64,000 bases of DNA from Balanoglossus misakiensis (GCA_040954595.2 CM082580.2:14274389-14338388); one strand, 5' to 3'; positions 11,401 through 25,500 are shown, numbered from the stretch's first letter. Translations and numbers: made by a program. Notes: generated by a model not told the origin, from the sequence alone.

Positions 11401-14400
11401 ACTGCTCTCCACATTGTCAAACTTGCTGTTGATTTCTGCCACACTGCTTTCCAGCTCAATAATCCGACTGTCTTTCAGCGTTGATTTTTCTGTCTCATTC
11501 TCCAGGTTGCTCTTCAAGTCCTGACACTGGCTTTCAAGCTCTGTGATTTTCTCAGTTCTCTGATACTCAATTTCTTGCAGATGTGATTGATGTTCCTCAT
11601 GTAACTCTTTAGTTTTGTTTTCATTCGACTGTTTCAGGGTTTCCAGTTCATCTTTATGTTTCTCTGTCATTTCTTTCATTCTGTCCTCACACTCTTTTAC
11701 TTGAATTTGTAAATGTTCATGTTGTTCCTGTACACCCATCTGAGACTGGTGATCCCTCTCCTTCATCTGTTTGATCAAAGACTCCCTCTCTTCAAAGAAC
11801 GACTTTTCCTGCTCGTCCAACTTCAACTCCCATTCTGAAACCTCAGATTTGTACGTTTCACTCAACATCTGTAGTTTCTGGTTGGTCTCTTGCAACTGAT
11901 CCCTGGCAGTTTTCAGTTCGGCTTGTCTTTCAAGGTCTGAGTCAACAATCTCTTGGATTCTCTTTTCACAATCTGCCTTTGTCTCTGATAAGACATCATT
12001 GTGTTTAGTCCTCAGCTCCTCAAGAGAATTTTCATGTTCCTTTCTGATCTGTTCAACAATTTGTGCGTGATCAGATTCAAGTTTGGCCACATTCTCTCCA
12101 GAGTGCTGTCCCTGTGTCTCTAACTCTGCTCTTAATATTTCTGCAAGCTCTCTTCCTTCTTGCAACTCCGCTTGTTCCTTCTCTAGAATCTCACTTTTCT
12201 GCACTAGTTGCTTTTCAAGCTCTTCAATCTTTTCCTGTTGCTCCCTCTGCAGATCCTCGATCTGTTCACGATGATCCTCTTCTAACTTTTGACACTTTCT
12301 TTCCTGTTCCTTCTCCAGGGTGACTATTCTTTCTTGAAGCTGGCTTTCCATCTCCTTCATCTTCTCTGAATATTCCTTCTCCAACATTTCAATCTTTTCT
12401 GAGTGTGACACTTCCATTGCCTTGACAGAATCCGCATGTCCCTTCTCCTGTTCCTGCAGCCGAGTCTTTAAGTCGCCAATCTTAGCTTTGGCCTGGTCTC
12501 TCAGATCACCCAGCTGTTTCTTGTGAGTTTCCTGTGCACTCACAAACTTCTCTTGAAAGTGCGCAGTCACTCTTTCTAATTCCTCCTTTCTCATAGCATC
12601 CATTTTAGCTGTGACATCATCCATACCAAGTTCCTTTTCTTTCAGCAATCCAGTGAATTTTTCATTATACTCCTCTTCCCTGTCTTTCATTTTTGTTTGG
12701 AAGTCATTTTCCATCTTTGCAACAACATCAGTGTGTGTCTTTTCTTTCTCCATCATTTCTTTGTCAAACTTTTCCTGGTCTTCCATCAATTTGTCTTGCA
12801 GCTCAGTGATCTTTGTCATTAATTTCTTTGTCAGTTCCTCTTTTTCTTTGGTCACTTCTTCTCTGATCACTTTCACGTTCTCTTGGTGGTGCTCTTTCTC
12901 AGTGTTCAGTTTTTCTTCCATCTCTTGGCTTTTCTGAGATAACTGCTGATTCAACTCTTCAATTTGTGTTTTCAATCCTCCGATCTTGTTCTTGGCCTGG
13001 TTTCTCAGTTCCACAAACTGACCTTTATATTTGTCATTGATTTCTTTCACAACCTTCTCATGCTCCTCATTCAGTTTCTGAATCGTTTCTTTGGATTCAG
13101 TTTCTTTCCTGGCCATTTCTTCTCCATGGGCGACTTGCAGTTTTTTCATCTCTTCTTTCAGCTTGTTCTCATTTTCTTCATGCTCCCTTAGCTTGTTATC
13201 TTTCTCTTCATGAAGCACCCTAACTTCATCTACTTTAGCAGCAAGGTCAGTTTCCAGGGTGGCAATTTGGCTGTTATACTGTTGAGAGGCTTCAGCCTTC
13301 TGTTTCTCGAGATCTTCTTTCAAGCTGTTCATCTCTTCATCATGCTTTTCTCTCATATCTTTCAGTTCAGTATTATGCATCTCTTTCAGATTCTCAATGG
13401 CACTTGTCAGTTCTTGGTTTGTGGTCTGCATCTCCTTCACTTTCCTTTCTCTCTCCTGCAGCATATTTTGAACTTCAGTAAGTTTTCCTCCCAGCTCACT
13501 ATTAACCTCACTCACAAGGTGTTCTTTTTCTGCTTCCTTCTCTTCTAATCTCCTTGAAATCTCATCTTTTTCACTCTGCAACACTTTGTCATGTTCATCT
13601 CTCTTCTCCATCTCTTCCCTAAAGTTCTTTGCACTGGACTCTAACTGTTCTTGTAGAGACTGTTTTTCTGCATCCATCTCCTCTAATCTCCTTACATTCT
13701 CATCTTTCTCATTCTGCAATGTCTTCTCATTCTCCTCCCTGAGTCTCTCCATTTCATCTCGATGGTTCTGTTCCCTGGACTCCAACTGTTCCTGCAGAGA
13801 TTGTATTTCATTTTGCAGTTGTTCTTGCATAGCTGATTTCTCTTGTTGCAGGTTATCCATTCCAGCAGACTTCTCTCTCAGCTCTTCCTCCAACTTACTC
13901 ATTTTCTCTGCATTATCCTGTTGATCTTTACCCACAACTTCTTTCATATTCGTCAGCTCCGACTGCAAGGTCTTCATTTCTTCCTCCCTTCCCCTGACTT
14001 CATTTTCCAGTCTCTCAATATTCTGCTCACAGCTAGCCTTCTCCTCAGACACCCTCTTCAAATCCTCAGACAGATTGTTGATTTCTGATTCTTTCTCTGC
14101 TAATCGTGATTCAGAGTGTTTCACCTGTTCTTCACTGTGTTCATTCAATTTTTGAATTTCCCTCTGCTTTTCTTCTATGTCTGTTTCCAAGTTCTTCAGT
14201 TTTTCATCGTACTGCTGGCTTGCAACTTGCATTTGTTCCTGCAATGACGCAATCTGACCCTGCAATCCTCCCACAAGCTCTCCATGTCTCTCTTGCATCT
14301 CTCTCACAGTCCTCTCATGATCAGAATTCAAGCTTTCAATATTGTTATGCAACTCCTGTTCTTTAAGCTTCAACTCCTGAATGACCTTCTCTTGCTGTCC

Positions 14401-17400
14401 GATGGTTTCGTTCGCCTCTCCCAGTTTGTTTCCAAGCTCGGTGGTCACCTCGCTGACAGAGCTCTGCTTTTGAACCTCCAGAGCCTCCAGTTTCCTAGCA
14501 ACCTCTCTCTCGTGGCTCTCCTGCTCAAAATGCAACTTCTGTTGATACTCCGACATCTTGTGTTCATGTTCTCTGATTTTATCTTCCAGACTGTTACTCA
14601 CAGATTCCAGTTGTTGTTTTAGATCGCTGATCTCCACACTCTTTTGTTCCAGCAGATTCTGCAGCTCTTTGATTTCCTTTGCATTCTGCTCTCCTTCGTT
14701 TTGCCTCAGTTCTTGAATTTTTGCAACTTCAGATTCAAATTCTTGAATTCTCCCCTGCAACTCTCCAACAAGACCTTCATGTTCCTCCTTCAGCAATTTC
14801 ATCTGGTTTTCCAGTTCTGTCTTCTCTCTTTCTTTCTCTTCCAAACTTGCACACAAACTTTCCTTCTCTTCACTCAGTTGTTTGTTTTGTAACTCGAACT
14901 GTTCTTTTTGAGATTCAAAGTCTTTCCCTCTCTCTTCCAGTGAACCTGTCAAACTTTCATTAGAGTTTTTTAGATTCTCAATTTCCTCTCCTAACTCTTT
15001 CAAAGTACCTTCGAGTTTGTTTTTTTCTTCCTGCAGTGTAGATACAGCTTGCTCACCTGACTCAGTTTTCTCAGCCAGTCTCTCTTCAAGATTTGTTTTC
15101 TGGTCGATCAGTTGCTTGACAGCAGTCTCCAATTCTTCTATCCTGCCTGCCTTGTCTTGAATTTCATTTTGCTGCGTTGCAACATCGCTCTGCCGTTTCT
15201 GCTGCAGCTCTCCGAGTTTGCTTTGGTACTCATGGTTCACTTGCTGTAACCTGTCTGTTTCCGATACCTGCTGTTCCAACTGCCTCACTTTCTCCTGGAT
15301 GTCTTTGACATGATTGTCAGTCTCAACCTGCAGCTTTTCCTCCAGCTCTTTCAAATGCTGGTCTTTTTCTGTGAGAGTTCTGTTCTGTGTTTCACTCGTG
15401 TGCTTCAAGTCATTGACACAAGCCGTAAGTTTTTGAATTTGGTCCATCATTTCTTGAATAACGTTCTCCTGATTCCTGGTCAGTTCCTCCTCCTGTGCCT
15501 TGTACTGATTTTCCAAATCATTGCACATTGTTTCAAGTTTCTCCTCGTGGCTTCTCTGTAAGTCCTCCAACTGCTGGTTTTGTTCTTGTGTCAATTCATC
15601 GATTTTCGCGGTCATATCCTCTCTGTGCTTCGAGTCCAACTCTTCTGTTTGTTTCTCGTGCTGTGTTTTCAGCTTAGCAAATGTGTTCTTGTTCCTCTTT
15701 GCGATTTCCTCAATTTTGGCGTTGAATTCCTGGATCTCCATGGAGTGTTTCTCTTTCAATTGATGGATGTAACTTTCCTGTTCAAGCTTCTCCTGTGAAT
15801 AAGATCACAAAATTTGGTTCTGAAAAAGGTTTGAAGCATACGACTACTGTATACATTCCTAGAGCATCTTAAACTTTCCTCTCACAACTTTCCTACAAAC
15901 GCCAACACACAAGTCAACCTGACGGAAACAATAGACCCACATCAACAAAGCCCTAATCATATCTTCTAAATAATGCTGGCGTTACAATAATTAGCACCAC
16001 ATAATGCTTTGGGACTTACAGTTTTCATATTGTCAATGACACGTTGAAGTTCATCTTTCTGGCTGTCCTGGGCACTCAATGCAGCAGTCTTTTGCAATTC
16101 TCTCTCTTCAATTGCCATCATCATCTCCTCCCCTTTCTCCTCCAGCTCTCTCCTCAAAATCTCTTCTTTCCGATGGATGGAATGTTCACATTCTTTCTCC
16201 TGACATGAAAATCAAGTGACCAGTGATTAGCAGGGGCTTCATTTACCTGTAAGTTCTTGTTGATTTGCTACTTTGACTGGGTTAGGGAAGAGTAAACTTT
16301 GATTAAGCAAACTAAAACACACAAGAACATCATCTTTCGTGTACCTTCATTTCCAAGCTTTCTTGATGTGCTTTTTCTTTCTTTTCAACAACTTCCTCCC
16401 AATGTTTGTTGTTCTTGACAAGTTCTTCTTCCCAGTGTTTATCTTTCTCTGCCAAAGCATCTTCTTTTTCTTTCAGTAGATCTTCCTTCATTTTCTCTTT
16501 GTCTTGCTGTTATTATGCAAAATTGAAGACATTTTAACAGTTGTGATAACATTATCCGGCAGACACATACACACAGAGACAGACACACACTTTTTGCAAA
16601 AGTTGCAAAGGTAATAGAGTTATGATATTTACCTGCATGAGTGAGATGACAGCTTGTTTGCCTCTTGATAATTCCTGTACCAAATTCTGTTTCTCTTCTT
16701 CTTCTCTCTTCTCAGCTCTTTCCAACTGCTCTTTAGCTTCAATCACTGTAAAAACGCATCAGTATTTTTAATTTGCACTTCATTCTGACTATTTATTTAA
16801 GCATTTAATCCTGTGATATTTTATATCACCAAGATGAACTGGTAACAGCAAACAAATTGAAAGAAACAACCTTACCCAATTTATCACTTGTTTCTTTCTG
16901 TTGTTGTATTTCATCTTTCTCCACAGTCACATTTCTCAGTTTTGCTCTGAGATCAGCGATCTGTGACTCTCTATTCTCCATTTCTTCATGCATCTGCCTC
17001 TTGACTTCTGCAATACCCAGAGCTCTGTCAACTTCTGCTTTCTCAATCAATTCTTTGGCCTCTTTTTGTAACTCCTGCAAGTTGACACATGTAGCAAGTC
17101 ATCTTTCACTACCATGAGTAGTGTGGCTAAGTTGTGGTCCATTTCCGTGAAAACCCTTATAAGCTATTATACCACAAGCTGGCATAATCACCATGAATCC
17201 TACTGATATTACATATTCTTATGCTGCAAACAGAATTTGTGGGTGTTTTATGTTACCTGTGCTTTTTGCAACTCCTGTGTTCTTTCCTCCAGCTGTTTCT
17301 GAAAATTCTCTTTTTCAACCGTCAACTGCATTGATTTCTCTTTGTTATTTTTGATTGTCTCTTTGCACTTGTTGAGTAGTCCCTCCTGCCTTCGTATCTG

Positions 17401-20400
17401 TCATTTTGAAGAAGAAATAAAAAAAGATTACTTGATGAATACTCTATGCTACTTACAGGTGCCATAAATTATGTAAAAATAGCTATAAATCTTCTCACCT
17501 TCTCTTTGAAATTTTTTATTTTTTCATCAGCTTCCGCACTTTTGATTGCTGCAAGTTTCTCTGCCTCTGCCTTGTCCCCATCAACCTGGTCTGGATTTAC
17601 ACCGTCTTTCAAAAGACGTACCTACATTTATATAAGTGGGTGAACAAGTGAAGATTCATTATACATAGCTGGGCATGACAGCATGTTGTTGGGGGTAGAA
17701 AAAGAAACTGTAGTGGATAGACAGAATAAAAATATTGAAAATATTATCAAAAGTTACAACTATTGTCCCTTTGATATAACGCTACCTATGAACTACAAAA
17801 CACAGATAGCAGGACAATTACAAAACTTGTACAAATAAAATGCAAGAAGTAGCAATAGCAGGGGGGGCTGGATCTACTGCAGCAAAGCCTGTGACCAGAC
17901 CATGCACGAACCATCTCCCCCACCCCCTCAAAAACGCATTACAGGAGCCACTAACCTGAGTTTGCAACACAGAGACAAGTTCATCCTTCTCGTCCAGACT
18001 AAGGCGGAAATTTTCCTCCATGTGCGCTTTGGCTTGACGATCTAATTGGGCAGCCTGCATGCAATCAATAAAGTTTTAAAAATTACAAAGCTGGCAGTGG
18101 GATGCAAGGATGTCTGATATAATGGGAGGTTTTGTCTAATGATGGCTATGCAGAGGGTAGGCTAAATATAATTTAACAAAAATTGTATATTATGTGCACA
18201 AGGGATGCTAGAATGATGAGCAGGGGACAGTGACTCTGTGATTATGGAATCAAGTCTCTCACCTGAGCCGTGGTGCTAATTTTGATTAGCTATGGTGTCA
18301 ATTTCAAATATGAATAAACAGATGTAAAAACACAATGGATGAATTACATTTGTCACATTCCTATCAGCCAAACCACAATAGTCATTTGCAGCAACAGAAT
18401 ACTATACACACAAAAACCTATAACAAGCTAGATTTTATCACAGGTGATCAATTTAAAGACAGATGTTTGTGTAGTCAGTCAGTGGATCGATAGACAATGT
18501 GCCCTTTATGCTTTTGTGACCCTAACAGGTCACAAGGGCGAGTCTGATGACTCTAGAATCAGTAATGACATTATATTGTTACAGGTGCTGTGAGTCAGTC
18601 AGCCTAATATAATAACATTTACAATAATATGACTCTAATAAAAATATGCCATATAATACTGATAAATTTGTCTCTTCCCACAGGATTACATTGGAACTCC
18701 CAATTCTGCTGTTATTTTAGATTCAGTGGAAAACCCACAAAGAAGACTGAAAGCAAATATGGATTTACCTCTCGCAGCTCTGAGATTCTCCTTAACGCTT
18801 TGTCTTGCGTTTGAGTCATGATAGTCTGCCAGATAAAATAAAATCCAACGAAATTGAGACATAAAATAAAACATTCATGTCGAACATTTAATTAGGTCAT
18901 CAATTCTGCGTCAATAGTCTGACCCATACAAATATTGTGCCAAACAGCAGACCAATTATATTATCACTTCACTGACCACATTGACAAAACTTATCATGCC
19001 ATATCTCTGCATTGTTAATGATTAATGAAGTCTGTTTAAACCATACTAGTTCTCTCATGAATTTTCTTGCCATGTTTTGTCTCTAATCTTCAGAAAACTG
19101 GAAAATCAAACAGCTTTACCTTTATTTTCTCATTTTCCTTCTGTAAATCTTTGTATGCAGCAATGACCTGGAAAGCAAAAAGGTGTGTGCAGAAATTTCA
19201 TTCTATATTCCTTCAGAGACTGAGACTTTTTGAATTGGAGGTCTCTAGTCTGCCCAAAAGGAGCAGTCGATTGCAAGTCAAAAATATTAACATATAATAC
19301 GTACTTCAAGGCACTTTTTCTTATATCTGTGCATCCTGGATTCCACTTTCCTAAACCGCTGGTAAATTTCCTCCTTGGAGTATGCATCCAGGTTGACGAC
19401 TGGTTCGTCAATTTCACTCTCTGTATCTGATGGCTGGTACATCCTTTGAGGTGTCTCGTACTGTGGGAAGAAGGGGCTATCGGAGACGTTGGAGGACTGT
19501 GAGTCACTGCGTGTACGGTTGTATTCTCTTAGTGGAGTACTGGGAAGAGGCACACTTGCAGCGGTGCTGGGAGGTGTGTCAGCTGCAGTTTGACCCTAGA
19601 TGAAATAATAATAATTATTATAAATACCGGGCACAGACTGCCACATGTAAAACATATCCTAATCACAAATGACAGATGGAAATCCTAATATATGATATCA
19701 TTACTCTATTTTTCTCTACTGTGTCCATCCTACACAGCAATCAATACAATATTAAAACCAGTGCTTACTGTACTACTAATGGGAACTTACAGATAGAAAT
19801 GTCTAGCTCATGTGGCACAGGGGGTTGGGTTCCCAGATCAATCCAACCAAGAGACACACATATACACAAATATAGCTCTCATTTGTCACTGTCATCTATT
19901 TATAGCTTTGGTGAAAAACATATTTCCTGCAGCTACTTTTCCATCTGTTTTGCTGTCGGGCTGTTCACCTTCACACAGTCACTGCCTATGACCTTTTGAC
20001 CCTAAGTCACCCAGTGTACCTGTCGGCCTTTCAGTCTGTAAGTGTTTGCCTAAATTCATTGAGGTTGCTAGTTTTTGGAACATGTGGAATTTATGAACAG
20101 TATAAGGTATAAGGAAAGCCACAATGCAGTTTCATATATTCAAATTATGCATACATGGATGTTGGTAGTGTGTGAATGTTTCAATTATATATATTTACAT
20201 ATTTTATACATGTATATAAATCATCCATACCTCTTGTAATGTGTTTGCTGATTCAGATTCCGCTGAAACATTCTTTTCGACTTCTGAACTTCCAGCTGCA
20301 GCTTCTGTTCCAGCATCTCTAGCAGCAGCCATCATTCTGGCATCTCCAGCTGCAAGTTCATCCTTGTTGCCAGAAGCAGGTGATGGAGAGGTTTGATTTT

Positions 20401-21710
20401 CTTCAGACTGCTGCTGTGATTTGCCATTTTCTGACTTCACTGGGGTTGTCTGTGGGAGGACAGGACAATATGAAACACAAGTACCGTAACTGCATCAGAA
20501 GTGAGCTAATGGATTTTTTTTCCTTTGGCCCCATCAGTCTAAGTTTTAATTTCTAGTCTGAAAAGTCTGTATAGGAAATACATGATGCGTCTGATCATAA
20601 AAAAACTGTTAACTCACCGACCCAGGCTGCCTCTAATGAGGAGAAATACCATATGAGGTTAAAGTATGGTGCAGCTATTGTATAAGATGCATACAGCATA
20701 TATATGCTGCACTATACCAACAGTAACAGAATCTAGCATGGTGCCAAGCAAAGCTACTTACTGTTGGCCTCCTGCTATTAACAGAATCCCTGGGTGGGTT
20801 CTTTTCACTTGCAGCAGATTTGACATTAAAAGGTGATCTTGCCAACTGCAATTAAGTGAAATGAAATGACATGAAATGGTGTTTGAGTATCTAATGAAAA
20901 GCCAATGGTTGGACAACGAGCAACACCGTTGACCTATAATGACTATATCATGTTGCTGGGTCCCTATTCAAAAGTCATAATTGATGTCCTAATGGAAATA
21001 TAGACTGTTTACACACCCAGTAGTATAGTTCAATATAACATTTTGTGAATTCAGTTTCTGATTTGCACAGTTTCTTGTCATCTTCTTAGATGACATTTTA
21101 CATGTATAAGGTGAGCGGCTGTACTTTGGTGTAGTTAACCATAGGCAGTAGAGGTACTGTCTATTGAGTTATTACCCAGCAGCACACAGTGGTAGCTACA
21201 GAACCATAGTTCGAGGTTTTGCCCAAGCACAATACTAGGCAGAACCTCGAGCTACGGTTCTGCGGAACAAGCGACTGTGTTCTGCAGATACAATCATTGC
21301 ATGTTAGCTGCATTGTAGCGGGTGGTGCTAAGGTTGATTATATGTTCATTGCAGAAACGTACATTACATGTTACGTGTACACTGTGGTACTACTAGGAAG
21401 TAGAAGGAAATGGGGATTTTATGATTAATAATTACGATGCCCAGATAAAACTATAGATGTTACAAATTCTCCGATTTTGGACATTTACTGTCACACGAAG
21501 ACGATGTCGATCACAAGTCGTCAGGTGTTTTAAACCGAGGTTTCCACACAACCACGATCGAAGCCTCGATGGTCAAATATTCACGTAGGCACACCCCCTT
21601 ACTCTCGCATCGGATTTCACACGTACCTGTTCTGTATTACTCTTTGGCTGGGGTGGTCTCACAGGAGACTTGTCGGTGTCCTCTAATTTCTGTTTCAATT
21701 TTTTGAACAT
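5404..21710 (-). CDS. GOLGA4: Golgin subfamily A member 4 (golgin-245/p230), GRIP-domain trans-Golgi golgin, about 2,700 aa
   Basis: Starts MFKKLKQKL (ATG 21710), long coiled coil, C-terminal GRIP domain EPTEFE|YLKKVLFSYMMGREPK|TMAKVITAVLKF. Phase-consistent GT-AG exons: 21710-21627, 20845-20762, 20449-20231, 19595-19305, 19167-19120, 18825-18769, 18054-17956, 17621-17499, 17397-17257, 17074-16876, 16745-16633, 16506-16345, 16199-16020, 15792-10551, 10259-10129, 9949-9731, 9261-9217, 8889-8765, 8552-8381, 8251-8137, 7945-7857, 7670-7623, 7416-7324, 5424-5404 (GWIASP*). Confidence 0.95.
5950..6005 (-). other. GOLGA4: Candidate stop-containing cassette exon of GOLGA4 (alternative tail TPRKR*)
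   Basis: Pyrimidine-rich acceptor ending ttttag, 56-nt exon ACT CCA CGG AAA CGA TAG, donor G|gttagt; in phase with the phase-0 donor at 7324. Confidence 0.6.
13525..13803 (-). repeat. Coding tandem duplication (about 141 nt / 47 aa, two copies) inside the GOLGA4 giant exon
   Basis: QSLQEQLESREQNHRDEMERLREENEKTLQNEKDENVRRLEEMDAEK followed by QSLQEQLESSAKNFREEMEKRDEHDKVLQSEKDEISRRLEEKEAEK; nucleotide similarity visible at 13634 vs 13775. Confidence 0.85.
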
Positions 21711-22575
21711 TTTGTGTGAAATATAATATTTCTTCCGCGAACGATTCACCGAGAATATATATCAGGCAGACGCCATTTTGGATGCTTTTAATTTCAGACC
21801 ATCTAAGATAGTCAATTATTGTAAGTAAGAGGAAAACAATATGTTTCTGTCTGAATCTTTATGCAAACTGCTTATTAGTTCCATAAAAATACTAAAAATA
21901 ATCACTAATAATCACTAGTTTTTATCTGGCTTATTGTTTTTCATGCGACCATACTGTTACAATGATTTAATTTTGTATCGCCTCCTGCGAAATACTACAC
22001 TAACTTACGAGGTCAATATTTGCGGAATTGTGCGCATGTCACTACACGTGGCCGCATTTCTGGGCAGTAGGACCCTAAGTTTTTAACGCTAAATATATAT
22101 ATTTTAAACTTTGGATACGAGCAACGATTGCTATACACATTATATTAACCAGTAGTAGATTGAAGTAAAACGTTTGTGTACCTTGACTATGGGGCATTAA
22201 ACCACCCCTTGAATTGAAATGGTATAACCAAAATGACACTGGCGAAACCGAGGCATTATCATCCGGGCACTTTGCAACTTTCATGGCGGAACTCAGCGAG
22301 AAAGTTCAGCATGTCCTGAGGAGTTATTAGACTAATATACCCGCTGTCTTCGTAATTCGTTGCGATATATGTTTCCAAGCTAGTACCAAGCATCGAGTAC
22401 TTTCTCATGTAGAGTGCGTTCACCCATAGATGGCGTAAACCCCTTGGAATTCTGTATATTTCAGCCTATGTTGTGGGTTGCATACATACTTTGCCCACCG
22501 ATAAGTCATTTTCATACGGTCTCTTCAGACTTGTTCATTTGGTGTTCCAGTTGTATTTTTATTGCCAATACAAAC
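21711..22575. promoter_or_regulatory. Bidirectional promoter region between GOLGA4 and LRRFIP
   Basis: Divergent ATGs about 870 bp apart; locally CpG-rich; YY1-like cgccattttg at 21771-21780, NRF1-like tgcgcatg at 22031-22038, E-box cacgtg at 22045-22050. Confidence 0.7.
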
Positions 22576-25500
22576 ATGTCTACCCCAAGCAGTGGAAGGA
22601 AGCGGACTGGTGGCCGTACGTACACGGCAGAGGGCGAAGCCCTGACCAACATTTCTAAAGAGGTAAGGAGGTTTCCAATATGTACAAAAAGATGACATCG
22701 ACATGCTATTGCAAGCACTGTGTCATTTGTTTGTGCCAAATTCCAAGCATAATATTGCATCTAGTCGTGCTTAAGCTATGCTATTTATAAAACTGCAAAC
22801 AAACGCACAGTACTTGATATTTCAAGGGGTCCATGAAACGGATTCGTTTCAAGGGGAGACCTGTCACAAAAATGGCCCACATTCAGCGAAGAAAACTTTT
22901 CGCCAATATCGAGGATTGGGTTTCACCGTTTTGATAATGGCACACACCCTTTGATTGGCCTCTACTTGATAACAGGGGTTCACAACCCTACTTGTATTCA
23001 TATATTGCAGTGACATAACTTGACATGCACACACTTTCTGTTTACCTTCGAGAGTTCATGATAACTGCAGTGATTGGTCAGACAACAGTTAGATTTTAAA
23101 GGCTTTGCTCGTTTTCTCAGCAAACCATGCACATAAACTGTTAACTCATCGTTATCACAGTGGAGTGAGTGAATGCAGTTTGTGTGAAATTGGTGTCAGA
23201 CTGTGTAAGTGATTAAGAAGCACTTGTTTTATGCCAATATTGTAACTGTTACTGATGATGGTCACCCAGAGTATTTGATGATATCAAAATAGAGAAGTGA
23301 TACTGTAAAACATAACTTATCATCATTGTCCTAAACCAATGCTTTCTAAGAGAGTCGACTTCACTCAAAAAGCAAGTGCATGTCCTACATGTGTGATCAC
23401 ACGATACTTGAAAATCAATCATAATTTAATCATAGAGTTTGATATAATTGGCCAAGAGGCAAGACATACTTTGTGCTTGAAGTTTTCTTACCTCCTGATT
23501 ATGTACAGTATGGCTACTCAAACTATAAATAATCTGATTGTGATGTGATAAGGGGTAGTTTATTTTGGAACAGTCTGGTCACTGCCTACCTTATCAGTAC
23601 ATATGATCTGATACACATTTTAGATTCAGCTACTGATAATTTACTGCTATAACAACATGCCTGAGTGTGACACATTCAGTCGCCATGACAATTACAGTAA
23701 ATTAATGGATTCTGTATTGGTTGAGATTGTGAAATATTTGAAGACATGATTAGATTAACAGGCAGAAAGTCACAATGTTGCAAGTGATATATGAAGGGAA
23801 TAACTGAAAGCATGTACACTGTTCAACCTATTACCCACAGGTATGTGGCTAAATAAATAGAAACATAAACCAGTCAGATTATTAGAGTTGATTAGTGCTA
23901 TGGATGAGCATAATGAATGTTGTGATATTTTTCACATGACCTACATGTATTGATAAGGTCACCATTACATACAGCTATGAATAAACTGCAAGTGAAATAG
24001 ACATGGCTGCCTGAAAGAGGACAAGGGAAAAGGAAATATACAGGATCTGTGTTTCACAACTTATTATTGAAGATACAGGACACATCCTGTTTTTGCAATC
24101 ATCTGAGATTTTGAACTAAAGTTGCGCAGCAAGATTATGACAAAGTGGGAACTGTTAAATTATTTCTGAAAGTTTGAAACAAGGAGTGTTGCTGTTGGTA
24201 TTGCACATACGGCCACATTTGCACTGTGTCTCACTGAGATAATGCAGCATTAAGATGTCATCTTGATTGATTGAAACTGAAAGACATTTGTGACATCAAT
24301 GATCGAGGTAATGTATTTAATGATGCAGTAATTGCTGCTTGTCAAATTGTAGCTATTCTGAAATTGATCATTTTGAATTATTTATATGAGTTAATCACTT
24401 TCATATTTTGCCAATGTATTTCCTGTCTAAACTAATAAAGAATGAAGTAGGAAAAATGTATGGGGTTAATGTAATAAAGGGTATGGACATGCATGCAATT
24501 AAAAAAAGAAATAAAATAATAAATCTCAATAAAGTTGATCACATGGGCAAAGCTTATAACTTACCAGAATCTTGATCCCTAAGGCATGTTGGACCACTGT
24601 TGTTTGGCCAGTCAACACAGACTGTCTATGTATAGCTGTCATTGTTATTGTTGACAAAAAGACTTTGCATGCAAGTAGGGACTTCTATATTCAAATATCA
24701 GCAGTAACAGTGCCCACTAGTTACCAGTCAGTTCAATGACTGAGTGTTCTCCCCAGAGGGATAAGAGAGAATCTGGCTGATTCCCTTTGAGAAAACAATA
24801 GAAACTCATTATAACAACAACCACTGAACAAATGGCATTGTTATTCTGGAAATCTGTCCATACTGAACGGCTTCCATATAGTCCCCAAGCCCCTTTTAAA
24901 CATAGTAGAAATAGCAGTGTTCCAAATGAGAAAGTCTCTTCAAGCATTACCCATTTCACAAGAATTCAAAAGATGCATATTTGGAGGTGTGTTGTTATAG
25001 AATAGAAAACAATTTATGAAATGGCGGCTGGCATGATAAATTTTATTGTTGCAATCAATTTAGGATTCATGTACACATAGGTGTTACAACACAGTTCAAA
25101 GATCAGCTGTCTAAATTGGATACAACTACATCAGGTCAAAGGTCAATTGGTCAAAGGTCAGCTACATACCCATAATCCATTGCCAATTAACATCACAAAA
25201 GTGTAAGGCAAAAAAGTAAATTCCATTGATAAGGCCAAATATAAACTTTAGTTAAAGATCGAAGTATGAGCATGAAATTGCATTACCGGTGTCATAATTT
25301 TGATATAATAATGTAGGGTCTCAAAGTCAGAGTTAAAAATAGAACGTTCATATTTATGAATGGGGTCTTAGGGTCTATGAACTCGTGCCCAATCACTGAG
25401 TTGAACTGTCATTCAAGCTTTCCTACCAACATAGCCTGAATAGTGTAGATAATGACTCGATGAATCAGAAAAGAATTCACGTGAAATCAAATAGTCACCA

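Noticed and set aside
10482-15798. Many Ser/Phe/Leu-rich plus-strand ORFs
   Set aside because: Antisense of the Glu/Lys/Gln-rich GOLGA4 giant exon.
20020-20035. Possible 16-nt GOLGA4 microexon (tacag...CAG|gtac)
   Set aside because: Not a multiple of three between phase-0 exons, and I found no compensating exon.
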